A DNA stretch of 64,000 nt from positions 1 to 64,000 of the forward strand of contig JBBIJY010000012.1 of NCBI GenBank assembly GCA_037445735.1, in the 5' to 3' direction. Shown piece after piece: positions 29,012-37,723 of the stretch. The notes beneath the pieces are model-generated. The model did not search any database, was not told where the DNA came from, and worked only from the letters and a program-made list of their open reading frames with translations. This DNA is from Armatimonadota bacterium. Lineage in GTDB: Bacteria; Armatimonadota; Fimbriimonadia; Fimbriimonadales; GBS-DC. The position numbers and the translations under genes are program-made. Positions within the stretch are counted from its first letter, which is position 1; every line of letters starts with the position of its first letter.

Positions 29012-30073
29012 ATGGCGGTCAGGCTGTTGCACACCGCGGATGTGCATCTGGGACGGGCGTTCGGCTATCTGGGCGAACGCGCTGCCGAGCATCAGCAACG
29101 CCTGCTGCGCTCCTTCGAACGGCTCATTAACACCGCCCATCAGCATGAGTGCCACGCGATTCTGATTGCGGGCGACCTGTTCGACTCGCCGCGCATCGCT
29201 CGCCAGTGGATGAGCCGTGCTGTGGACTATCTCGGCGCGACGCGATTGCCCGTGCTGATTATCCCGGGCAACCACGACCCTGCGGATCGCCATCCGTTTC
29301 TGGAGCAGGCTCTGCCGCCGAATGTGCATTTTTTGCCCCGTGCCGGGCGTTATGAACTGCCCATGCTGGAACTGGACATCGTTGCCGGCCCTGCAGGCAC
29401 TCAGCACGAGTGGGCGCGCCTGCTTGCGCGTGAGCCGAATGGCGCACCGTTCCAGATCGCGCTGCTGCATGGCTCCCTGCCCACGCCCGACGGTCAGGGC
29501 GATCTCACACCCGCGATGATTGGTGCCAGCCAGCTGGACTACATCGCGCTGGGCGACTGGCACTCCCCGCGCGACTGCTCCTGCAACGGCGTCGCCTGCT
29601 GGTACAGCGGTGCGCCCGAAATGATTCTGCCCGACCAGCAACTGCCCGGCAGGGTGCTGATTGTTAATCTGGAGCGTGGTCAGCCCGCGCAGGTGCAGGC
29701 GGTGCAGGTGGGGGAGGTATGCAACGCGATGCTGAGCCTCGAACTGGACGCTTTTGAGAACAGCCAGCAGCTGATGGAGGCGATTCGGGAACGGCTCACG
29801 CCTGCCACCGTCGCCCACCTGCGCCTCACGGGCAGGTGGCGCAGCCCCGAACCGCTGGACCCGCTGGAGCTCGAGCAACGACTGCAGCCGTTCTGCCTGT
29901 GGCTGAAGGTCGAATCGGCTTTTCAGATGGGCGAGCTTCAGGCGGGCAATCCGTTCGAGCAGGTGTTCGCGTCGGTCGTCGCCGAGCGCAAAGCGCAGGC
30001 GGCGCAACCCGCTGAACTGCTGGACGAGGTTCTGCAGCTCGGACTCTATCTGCTGCGGGGAGGGCGGCTCTGA
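29012..30073 (+). CDS. SbcD/Mre11/YhaO-like metallophosphoesterase nuclease
   Basis: LHTADVHLG, AGDLFD, PGNHD, LLHG, YIALGDWH, YSGAPE. Confidence 0.88.
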   Translation: MAVRLLHTADVHLGRAFGYLGERAAEHQQRLLRSFERLINTAHQHECHAILIAGDLFDSPRIARQWMSRAVDYLGATRLPVLIIPGNHDPADRHPFLEQALPPNVHFLPRAGRYELPMLELDIVAGPAGTQHEWARLLAREPNGAPFQIALLHGSLPTPDGQGDLTPAMIGASQLDYIALGDWHSPRDCSCNGVACWYSGAPEMILPDQQLPGRVLIVNLERGQPAQVQAVQVGEVCNAMLSLELDAFENSQQLMEAIRERLTPATVAHLRLTGRWRSPEPLDPLELEQRLQPFCLWLKVESAFQMGELQAGNPFEQVFASVVAERKAQAAQPAELLDEVLQLGLYLLRGGRL

Positions 30074-32325
30074 TGCGGTTCGTGCGCCTGCGACTGGAAG
30101 GCTATCGCCGATTCCGCCAGCCATTTGAGTGTCAGTTTGGTGAGGGGCTGAACCTCATCTGCGGACCGAACGAATCGGGCAAAAGCACCCTGCTGAATGC
30201 GCTGCTGGACGCCCTCTATGCGAACCCGTTCAGCATGGCGCGGGAACTGAGCGAGCGCGTCGCCTTCGGGCACCCCGGCGGCTGGCAACTCTGGCTGGAG
30301 CTGGAGAGGGACGAGTGTCGGCTCTGCCTCTACAAACGCTACGCGCCCGATGACCCCGCCCGCCGCTCGGAGTTTAGGGTTGTTTCAAGCCCTCACCCCT
30401 TTTCCCCCTCTCCCAGCGCTGTGGGAGAGAGGGTTCTGCAATCCTTCTCTCCCACCCGTGGGGGAGAGAGCGCAGGTGAGGGGGCTATCGAAGGCAAAGC
30501 GGCATTACAGCGCTGGGAGCAGCTGTGGGGCGTACCGCGCGAGGTCTACCTCGCCACCGCCTGCATCCGCCAGCACGAGCTGAGCGCAATTGCCACTGAC
30601 AAAAAGAGCCTCCGCTCGCTCCAGCAGCAACTGCGTGAGAACGCCCTCATGACCGACCTCGAACGCATCCTCAAGCTCCTGCAGGACGAAATCAGGTCGG
30701 TCGACAGGCAGCTGGAGAGCCTGCATCAGCAGCGAGCCGAGCGCACCACCGCACTCCAGCAGGCAGAGCAAGCCGCCCAGCAGATTCGCGAGCATCGCCA
30801 GCGCCTGCAGGCGCTCACCGAGCAAATCGCTCAAAGCCAGCAGCTCATCGAGCAGGAGCAGGCGCTGCTCGAACGCTGGCAGGCGATTCAGCACTGTGAG
30901 CGCGTGCGGACGGACGCCGAGCAGCTGCGGCGCGTGCTGGACACCCTCGAACGCATCGATTCGGAACTGCAACGCCTGCAAAACAGGCTCCAGCAGGAGT
31001 ATGGATCGTTCCTTGCGCTGCCCGACAACTTCTATGAGCAACACATCCTGCCCCTTATCCAGCAGTATGAACGCACCGCTCGCGAGGAGCAGCAGGCGGA
31101 GGCACAGCTGCAGCAGTTGCGCCCGCACATCGAACGGCTGATTGCCCGCCAGCGAGCGCGAACAGGGCTGGGTGTGGCGGGCGTCGCGCTCGTGCTAACA
31201 GGCGTCTCGCTCGTGCCCGTGAATGGGCTGATTGGCGGCATGCTGATTGGACTGGGCTGCCTCACGCTGCTACTGATGCTGCTGTGGCGACCTGCGAACG
31301 CCCGCGAGCTGGACAGCCAGCGTCGCCAGCTGGAGCAACGGCTCGAAGACGCCCGCCAGCAACGCCAGAGCGCCCAGCGACGACTGCTCGCGATGCTCCC
31401 GCAAGAGGACAGGTTCGAACCCGACACCAGCGGCGCGGTGGATCACCTCATTGAACGGTTTCGGGAGCGTTATCAGCAGTATCGGCGGCTGTGCAGCGAG
31501 CGGGAGAACCTGCAGAGCCAGCGCGAGGGGCTATTGCAAGCGCATGACCCTGACCAGCTGCGCCAGCGATGGAGCCAGCTCGCCATCGAACTGCACGCGC
31601 GGGAGAGCGAGCTGAGCCGCGACCCGCTGACAGAGCAGCTTGCAGACCGTCCGCCTGAAGAGTGGCTCCAGCGCCAGCGCCATCTGCAGGCGTTGCTCGC
31701 CGAACAGGAGCAGGCAATTCAGGAGAAGCTGCGCCTGGAAGGCGCCCTGAACCAGCTCCAGCTCGAACATGACCCTGCCGAGCTGCGCCTGCAGCGCTGG
31801 CGGCTGGAGGAGCAGATCACCGCGCTGGAGCGTCGCCTCGAACGGCTCCGGCTCACGCGCGAACTGCTGCTGGAGGCGAACCGCCGTTATTTGAGCGACT
31901 TAAGCCCGCTGTTGAAACCGCGTATAGAAATCTATCTGCCCGCGCTGACCTGCGGACGCTACACGCAGGTGCAGATGGGCGATGGGCTGCTCTTTCAGGT
32001 GTATCATCCGCAGGCGGGCGACTGGCTGGACGCCGATCCGCACGAATCGGGCTGGAGCGCGGGCACGCTCGATCAAATCTTCTTCGCGTGCCGATTGGGT
32101 CTGTGCGACGCGCTCGCTGGCGACCGCCGCCTGCCCCTGCTGTTAGATGACCCGTTTCTTGCTTTCGATTCGGAGCGGTTGCAGGCGGCGATGGAACTGC
32201 TCACCCGCATAACGCAACACACGCAGGTGCTGCTGTTCACCTGCCGCCTGCCCGATTCTCTACCGCCCGATGTGAACCTTATCGAACTGCCGGCGCCTGC
32301 GGATCACCAGTCGCGCGCCCAGTAG
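30073..32325 (+). CDS. SMC-like AAA ATPase (SbcC/Rad50/YhaN-like) with an internal TM pair
   Basis: Walker A GPNESGKST, long coiled coil, central hydrophobic pair, signature WSAGT, Walker B LLLDDPF, LFTC. Confidence 0.85.
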   Translation: MRFVRLRLEGYRRFRQPFECQFGEGLNLICGPNESGKSTLLNALLDALYANPFSMARELSERVAFGHPGGWQLWLELERDECRLCLYKRYAPDDPARRSEFRVVSSPHPFSPSPSAVGERVLQSFSPTRGGESAGEGAIEGKAALQRWEQLWGVPREVYLATACIRQHELSAIATDKKSLRSLQQQLRENALMTDLERILKLLQDEIRSVDRQLESLHQQRAERTTALQQAEQAAQQIREHRQRLQALTEQIAQSQQLIEQEQALLERWQAIQHCERVRTDAEQLRRVLDTLERIDSELQRLQNRLQQEYGSFLALPDNFYEQHILPLIQQYERTAREEQQAEAQLQQLRPHIERLIARQRARTGLGVAGVALVLTGVSLVPVNGLIGGMLIGLGCLTLLLMLLWRPANARELDSQRRQLEQRLEDARQQRQSAQRRLLAMLPQEDRFEPDTSGAVDHLIERFRERYQQYRRLCSERENLQSQREGLLQAHDPDQLRQRWSQLAIELHARESELSRDPLTEQLADRPPEEWLQRQRHLQALLAEQEQAIQEKLRLEGALNQLQLEHDPAELRLQRWRLEEQITALERRLERLRLTRELLLEANRRYLSDLSPLLKPRIEIYLPALTCGRYTQVQMGDGLLFQVYHPQAGDWLDADPHESGWSAGTLDQIFFACRLGLCDALAGDRRLPLLLDDPFLAFDSERLQAAMELLTRITQHTQVLLFTCRLPDSLPPDVNLIELPAPADHQSRAQ
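30389..30485. repeat. Composite REP/MITE-like element inserted in frame within the ATPase CDS
   Basis: Ends CCCTCACC...GGTGAGGG are inverted repeats; two internal CTCTCCC/GGGAGAG hairpins; the reading frame continues through it. Confidence 0.8.
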
Positions 32326-32505
32326 CGATTGTCGGTCGCCTCGCCGCGCCAGTCGCCGCTGATGGAGGCGTAGCTGCGGTGATACCAGCGCGTGGTGGGC
32401 AACAGTCTCCCAGTGCTCTCTCGATGCCTGCAGGAAACACCTTAAAGACAGGGTATAATGCAAGTGCTGGAGGGATAGGGCTGTCCAGCGAGAAGGAGGT
32501 TCGCT

Positions 32506-33306
32506 ATGAGAAAAGCCGGATTCACACTCATTGAGCTGCTGGTCGTGATTGCGATTATCGCCATTCTGGCGGCGATATTGTTCCCTGTGTTTGCCCAGGC
32601 GCGCGAGAAAGCGCGCCAGACAACATGCACCTCCAACATGAAGCAGATGCTTATCTCTGCGTTCATGTACCAGCAGGACTACGAGGAGAAGTTCCATCGC
32701 CTGCTGAGTGGCGAGCGTCGGTTTAACAACGATCCTAACGGACCCGATCAGGCGTTTGGAGCTGAGGATATGCTGATGCCCTATGTGAAGAATCGGGGCG
32801 TTTTCTCCTGTCCCAGCGATAATGTGCCCCGCGACGACTGCACAGGTCCTGCAGGTATCTGGTTTCCAATCAGTTATTCCTGGACGCACTACCAGAGCGG
32901 TGCGTGGCACGATTCAGCCACCTTTGGAGTTTGTGCGTACTATGCCAGCGAGGACTCGCGTCCAACCGCTGTGATTGGGCGTCCTGCGGAGACCATCGTG
33001 CTGTATGAACTCTGGACCACTGTGAGTTACGGACGGTATATGGCATACTGGCGCTGGGATAATCGCAACATTGCCGATCCGAGCTGGCCCGATGCGCCCA
33101 ACACCTTCTGCTTCAACTGGTGTGGTAACTGCGATGCTCGCATGACCATCGGCGCCCATCAGAAGCTAACCAACTTTGGCTTTGCCGATGGGCATACCAA
33201 GCCGATGAACCGCAAGTCGATCATGTACTGGCCCTGGGATCAAACTGCAGCCCAGCAACTGCGCCGTAATCTGATCCACTGGGACGAACGCTACAAGGGG
33301 AACTGA
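32506..33306 (+). CDS. Prepilin-type N-terminal cleavage/methylation, DUF1559 / H-X9-DG protein
   Basis: [46 protein letters not shown]. Confidence 0.9.
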   Translation: MRKAGFTLIELLVVIAIIAILAAILFPVFAQAREKARQTTCTSNMKQMLISAFMYQQDYEEKFHRLLSGERRFNNDPNGPDQAFGAEDMLMPYVKNRGVFSCPSDNVPRDDCTGPAGIWFPISYSWTHYQSGAWHDSATFGVCAYYASEDSRPTAVIGRPAETIVLYELWTTVSYGRYMAYWRWDNRNIADPSWPDAPNTFCFNWCGNCDARMTIGAHQKLTNFGFADGHTKPMNRKSIMYWPWDQTAAQQLRRNLIHWDERYKGN

Positions 33307-33307
33307 C

Positions 33308-33526
33308 ATGGACGATCGCACGAAACTGATCGCGCTGATTGTGCTGGTGGTGCTGGCGGTGGCGGTGGCTGCCTACTCGGGCTATCGTTCCTTCCGACAG
33401 GAGCAGGGCGAGGTCAAAGGGCGGATTGAGCTCTTTCCTGGCGGCAAGAAAGGCGCAATGGAACGCCAGATGGAGGAGCAGGGACCACCTGCCCAGGCAC
33501 CACGATACCCCACAGGCGGACGCTGA
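33308..33526 (+). CDS. Small single-TM hypothetical protein (DUF1559 partner)
   Basis: 72 aa, N-terminal TM, starts 1 nt after the upstream stop. Confidence 0.7.
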   Translation: MDDRTKLIALIVLVVLAVAVAAYSGYRSFRQEQGEVKGRIELFPGGKKGAMERQMEEQGPPAQAPRYPTGGR

Positions 33527-33660
33527 AGAGGTTCTACCCTGTGAGGGCTGCAAACCGATTCACACGGCTCCCGAAGCTTCGTTTTTTTTGAAGGAAACGG
33601 GTTCGGGACAGTGTATTTCTACAGGAGGATGGGGCATCCTGTAGTGAAGGAGGTTCAACG

Positions 33661-34602
33661 ATGAGGCGGCATGGTTTTACGCTGATAGAGTTGCTGGTCG
33701 TGATTGCGATTATCGCCATTCTGGCGGCGATATTGTTCCCCGTATTTGCGCGGGCGCGGGAGAGCGCTCGCAAGACCCAGTGCCTGAACAATCTGCGTCA
33801 GCTGGGCAACGCTGTGACGATGTATATTCAGGACTACGATGAATATTTCCCTGAACTGGTCAGCGGCGGGTGCTGGGGGCGCGGCACCATCGCCAATTCG
33901 CTCTGGTCGCGCCAGATCTATCCCTATGTCAAAAATAAGGGCGTCTTTCTCTGTCCTTCCGCCGCGATTGCACGGGCAGGCTTTCGATTCATGGCGAATG
34001 TGCCCGTGCCCGAAGACCCCGAGATTAATCCTCCGCCCTGTGGGAATCAGCATACCGACCGACGCGCGATGCCCATCGGGATGAACAAGTTTTTTGCCCC
34101 CTACTGGCAGTGCGATCGAACAACTGACCCTGGTTGCTCGGCTTACTGGGAACCCTGTGACGCGCCTGGCGGCTGTGATGCGGGCTGCCCGCAACACTAT
34201 GTGCATTCAGCCCGTATCCGCGAATCTGCCAAAATGGTGCTGTTTACCGATGGGGTGACGGACTGCGCCGGAGGCGGCGGCTACTGGATCAATCCCTCTG
34301 GACCTGTCAACACCTGGTTCAGTATTTCGGGACGCCATGAGGGGCACAATATTACTTTCACCGATGGGCACTCCAAGTGGTTCCCCGTGCGCCGCGACCC
34401 CCAGATCGAGCAGTTGGCAGGGGATAACCGCGTTCGAATCTCTGTCACCCAGCATCGCGGCATGGTCGTCCAGCGAGTGAGCAGTAATACGCAGAACTTC
34501 ACCTGCGTCAATTTCAACGCTGCCGATGTTCACTGGAATGTGATGACCGCCTATCCGGGCGATAACCAGACCATCGACAACATGTGCAAACCGACAATGT
34601 GA
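33661..34602 (+). CDS. Prepilin-type N-terminal cleavage/methylation DUF1559-like protein, Cys-rich
   Basis: [55 protein letters not shown]. Confidence 0.9.
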   Translation: MRRHGFTLIELLVVIAIIAILAAILFPVFARARESARKTQCLNNLRQLGNAVTMYIQDYDEYFPELVSGGCWGRGTIANSLWSRQIYPYVKNKGVFLCPSAAIARAGFRFMANVPVPEDPEINPPPCGNQHTDRRAMPIGMNKFFAPYWQCDRTTDPGCSAYWEPCDAPGGCDAGCPQHYVHSARIRESAKMVLFTDGVTDCAGGGGYWINPSGPVNTWFSISGRHEGHNITFTDGHSKWFPVRRDPQIEQLAGDNRVRISVTQHRGMVVQRVSSNTQNFTCVNFNAADVHWNVMTAYPGDNQTIDNMCKPTM

Positions 34603-34649
34603 GCCTGTGGGTGAGAGCGTCTGCTCTCACCCCATCAACAGGAGGTCAG

Positions 34650-34847
34650 ATGATGAAGCGGGAGGTACCAACCTGGGTATTTGTGATACTGGTAGCGCTG
34701 GCGATTGCGCTGGCGGGCTGGTGGCTCTGGAGCAGCACGGGTAGTTCGCGCGAGGATCAGGTTGTGCGCAAAACTTTCGGTAGTGAGGCGCAGCGCGCGC
34801 CCGGCGCGAACCAGCCCGGCACCGCTCAGGGCGCTGATGCCCCCTGA
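34650..34847 (+). CDS. Small single-TM hypothetical protein (DUF1559 partner)
   Basis: AGGAGG RBS; MKREVPTWVFVILVALAIALAGWWLW. Confidence 0.7.
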   Translation: MMKREVPTWVFVILVALAIALAGWWLWSSTGSSREDQVVRKTFGSEAQRAPGANQPGTAQGADAP

Positions 34848-34877
34848 GATAAGGGCGTACGGCAGTCCGCCACTGGC

Positions 34878-35666
34878 TTATCGCTTCAGGTCTTTGGCGA
34901 CCGCCAGCATTTCGTCGGCGGTCTGAATGGCGCGCGAGTTCACCTCGTAGGCTCGCTGTGCCATGATCAGGCGTACCATCTCCTCCACAATCTGCACATT
35001 GGACGCCTCCAGACTGCCGCCGCTCAGTTCGCCCAGCCCGTTGGTGCCCGGCGTGCCTTCGATGGCTTCGCCGGAGGCGGGCGTGGCGCGATAGAGGTTC
35101 AGCCCGATACGGCTCAGCCCCGCCGGGTTCACGAAGCGCACCAGCGTGATCTGTCCGATTTCCTCCAGCCCTTCCTGCCCGCCGCGCCGAACAGAGAGGG
35201 TGCCGTCGCGTCCCACCTGGATTTCCTGGACATCGGGCGGGATGATAATCTCAGGCTCCAGCGGGTAGCCCATTGAGGTGACGAGCCGACCCTGGCTGTC
35301 CAGTTTGAAGCCGCCATCGCGCGTGTAGGCGATGCTCCCATCGGGCATCAGCACCTTGAAGAAGCCATCGCCCTCAATCGCCATGTCGAGCGGATTGCCC
35401 GTGACCTGCAGGGCGCCAGGCGTGAACAGCCCGTAGGTGGCGGCAGGACGCGCGCCCAGACCGACCTGCAGACCGCTGGGCACCTGCGCCCCGCCCGCCA
35501 CGCTCGCGCCTGCAGGACGCAGAGTCTGATAGATCAAATCCTCAAAATCGGCGCGTACCGACTTGAAGCCCGTCGTGTTTACATTCGCCAGATTGTTCGC
35601 AATCACATCGATATTAAACTGCTGCGTTTCCATTCCTGTCGCTGCCGTGTGCAGTGCGCGTATCAT
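34878..35666 (-). CDS. flgG: Flagellar basal-body rod protein FlgG
   Basis: [32 protein letters not shown]-x-IVEEMV, QRAYE. Confidence 0.93.
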   Translation of the reverse strand: MIRALHTAATGMETQQFNIDVIANNLANVNTTGFKSVRADFEDLIYQTLRPAGASVAGGAQVPSGLQVGLGARPAATYGLFTPGALQVTGNPLDMAIEGDGFFKVLMPDGSIAYTRDGGFKLDSQGRLVTSMGYPLEPEIIIPPDVQEIQVGRDGTLSVRRGGQEGLEEIGQITLVRFVNPAGLSRIGLNLYRATPASGEAIEGTPGTNGLGELSGGSLEASNVQIVEEMVRLIMAQRAYEVNSRAIQTADEMLAVAKDLKR

Positions 35667-35689
35667 CGCCATCACCTCACTGTTAGATG

Positions 35690-35725
35690 CCCCTCACCCG
35701 TACCCTCTCCCCAGAGGGGAGAGGG
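35690..35725 (+). repeat. REP-like element, copy 1 of an identical tandem pair
   Basis: CCCCTCACCCGTACCCTCTCCCCAGAGGGGAGAGGG. Confidence 0.9.
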
Positions 35726-35742
35726 TTTGGGTTATATGGGTG

Positions 35743-35778
35743 CCCCTCACCCGTACCCTCTCCCCAGAGGGGAGAGGG
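35743..35778 (+). repeat. REP-like element, copy 2 of an identical tandem pair
   Basis: Identical to 35690-35725. Confidence 0.9.
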
Positions 35779-35783
35779 GGGAT

Positions 35784-36506
35784 TTAAATGCGTGCGAGTT
35801 CGTTAATGGCGCGGGCGAGGGTTTCGTCCTGCGCCTGAATCGTTTTCTGATGGGTCTCATAGGCGCGCAGATACTCGATCATTTCTACCATCTCGCGCAC
35901 GATGTTCACATTGGACGCTTCGAGCGTGCCTGTGGCGATGCGTGGGTTGGGCACGGGTGTGGCGTTGCCGACAAGCCAGCCGTCGGGGTCTTTGCGCAGA
36001 TTGCCCTGCACGATGAGCAGTTTATCGAGCACCCTCCCATCAGCGCGAACGGTGCCATCCTCACCGATCTGGAGTGTAGCCGTGCGCGGGATGCGAATCG
36101 TGCCCCGAACGCCCAGCACGGGGAACCCCTCGCGCGTGACGAGCGTGCCATCGGCATTCAGTGAGAACGCACCGTTGCGCGTGTAGCGCACGCCAGCGGG
36201 CGTTTGCACCGCGAAGTAGCCTTCACCATCAATAGCCACATCAAGCGGGTTGCCTGTGGGCATCAGGGGTCCAGGCTGGAGAACTGTATAGGTGGTGGCG
36301 AGCCGTGCGCCGGCGGAGAGGCTGCCAATAGGCTGGCTGTACGCACCCTCCACGCGATAAAGCGCGCGTTCATAGGCGGTCTCAAAAACGGGTCGGTCGG
36401 CTTTGAAGCCGCTGGTGTTCACATTTGCCAGATTCGCCGCGAGCACATCCTGTGCTTTCTGTCGGGCAGCCATTCCTTCGGCTGCCACATACAGCCCGCG
36501 TATCAT
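35784..36506 (-). CDS. flgF: Flagellar basal-body rod protein FlgF
   Basis: ANLANVNTSGFK, TGNPLDVAIDGEGYF, YTRNG, LEASNVN; immediately upstream of flgG. Confidence 0.85.
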   Translation of the reverse strand: MIRGLYVAAEGMAARQKAQDVLAANLANVNTSGFKADRPVFETAYERALYRVEGAYSQPIGSLSAGARLATTYTVLQPGPLMPTGNPLDVAIDGEGYFAVQTPAGVRYTRNGAFSLNADGTLVTREGFPVLGVRGTIRIPRTATLQIGEDGTVRADGRVLDKLLIVQGNLRKDPDGWLVGNATPVPNPRIATGTLEASNVNIVREMVEMIEYLRAYETHQKTIQAQDETLARAINELARI

Positions 36507-36515
36507 CAGCCAGCA

Positions 36516-36543
36516 TTATCGGCAAAGCCTCGCCGCCTCTCTA
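36516..36543 (-). promoter_or_regulatory. Putative sigma28 (FliA/SigD) promoter of flgFG
   Basis: TAGA-N16-GCCGATAA on the minus strand; ATG 9 nt downstream with no SD. Confidence 0.6.
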
Positions 36544-36575
36544 CCCTCTCCAAGCGATGGCACATGAGAGGGCAA

Positions 36576-37598
36576 TCAGCTGGATGGGGACTGGCTCATC
36601 TGCTGAAGTGCCTGCTCAAAGGCGTCCATGGTCTCTGCTCGCGCCGCTGCTTCGCTCAATGCCTCCAGCGTCTCCAGTGAATCAATCTGCTTCAGCGCTC
36701 GCTCTACCCGACGCGGCACCCTGCCAAAACGCGCCCGCAACACTTTCAAGGTCGCACGCAACAGTCCCTGTTGCAGTCCCTGTTGCAGTCCCTGTTGCAG
36801 TCCCTGTTGCAGTCCCTCCTCCAGACCCTGACGCGCCCCGCGCTCCAGCGCAAAACGCTCCAGACTGGTCAGCTTTGGCAGCCGCTGTTCGCGCGCGACC
36901 TCCCGAACAATCTCCTCCACCTGTGCCTCTAACTCTCGTGGCAGCGCCATCAGATAATCCACCACCCTGTACAGATTCGCCACATCATCCGCATTATACC
37001 CGCGCTCCGCCAGCTGCCGTATCAACCGCACCTTCTCCACGAACAGCAACTGCACATCTCCACGCGCCCGCAACGCCCGCAAGTGTGCCAGCACCACCAG
37101 CGCAAACGGATTGGAGCTGCTCTCCAGCGCCGACTCCTCAATGTCCAGCAACTTCACCGTTGGGAAGCGAAAGCTCAGCTCACAACCTGCCAGCGAACGC
37201 TCAAAGCGGTCAGGACGCCAGTGAGGGTCGGCATCGGCTAAAATGGCAAGACTGATAACTTCGCCAAAGTGGGTGATGTCAAAAATGCGGTATTGATAGA
37301 CGAACATGCGCAGGGGGAACTGGGGATCGGGTTGCGCCTGGATTTCGATATGGAGATAGACGAGGCGCGGATGTCCGTCTTTGAACCGTACCTGTGCCAG
37401 CACATCGACGAAGCGTCGGTGCGCCTGCGATTCGGGGCGGATTTTGCGCAGTTCGGTGTTGAGGAAGGTTGGAGGTTGTGTCCAGTCGATGAGTGCGTGC
37501 AGGTGCGGGAAGAGCAGCAGGAGGCACTGTTGCAGGAAGGTCTGCACCGCAAACTTCCACGCACTATCAAAGTCGATTCTGGCTCCGCCTTTGCGCAT
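36576..37598 (-). CDS. Rpn family recombination-promoting nuclease / putative transposase (PD-(D/E)XK)
   Basis: DFDSAWK, VDVLAQV...LHIEIQ, RMFVYQYRIFD, C-terminal GLQQ repeats and ARFG. Confidence 0.8.
   Translation of the reverse strand: MRKGGARIDFDSAWKFAVQTFLQQCLLLLFPHLHALIDWTQPPTFLNTELRKIRPESQAHRRFVDVLAQVRFKDGHPRLVYLHIEIQAQPDPQFPLRMFVYQYRIFDITHFGEVISLAILADADPHWRPDRFERSLAGCELSFRFPTVKLLDIEESALESSSNPFALVVLAHLRALRARGDVQLLFVEKVRLIRQLAERGYNADDVANLYRVVDYLMALPRELEAQVEEIVREVAREQRLPKLTSLERFALERGARQGLEEGLQQGLQQGLQQGLQQGLLRATLKVLRARFGRVPRRVERALKQIDSLETLEALSEAAARAETMDAFEQALQQMSQSPSS
36763..36816. repeat. 12-bp coding tandem repeat (GLQQ x4) in the Rpn C-terminus
   Basis: AGTCCCTGTTGC repeated about 4.5 times. 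Confidence 0.9.
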
Positions 37599-37688
37599 GC
37601 AGCGACGATTCGCCAGAAATCGACGGCTTCCTGCATCGCGTGGTTGGGCGACTGCAGCCACCCGGCGGGTATAATCCCCCTGCAAGTT

Positions 37689-37702
37689 TGACCGACGAGT
37701 CA
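37689..37702. promoter_or_regulatory. Putative TetR/FadR-type operator TGACC-N4-AGTCA
   Basis: Between TATAAT (37670-37675) and the GGAGG RBS of the fadN-like gene. Confidence 0.45.
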
Positions 37703-37723
37703 GAATGGAGGAGGCAACCGACG

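Noticed and set aside
33541-33600. GCAAACC-containing segment resembling a c-di-GMP-I riboswitch
   Set aside because: Lacks the GAAA tetraloop and the downstream GGGACGCAAAGC-like consensus
35688-35778. Two identical 36-38 bp repeats resembling a mini CRISPR array
   Set aside because: Spacer only about 15 nt, no cas genes, and the same unit is dispersed through the window as a REP-like element
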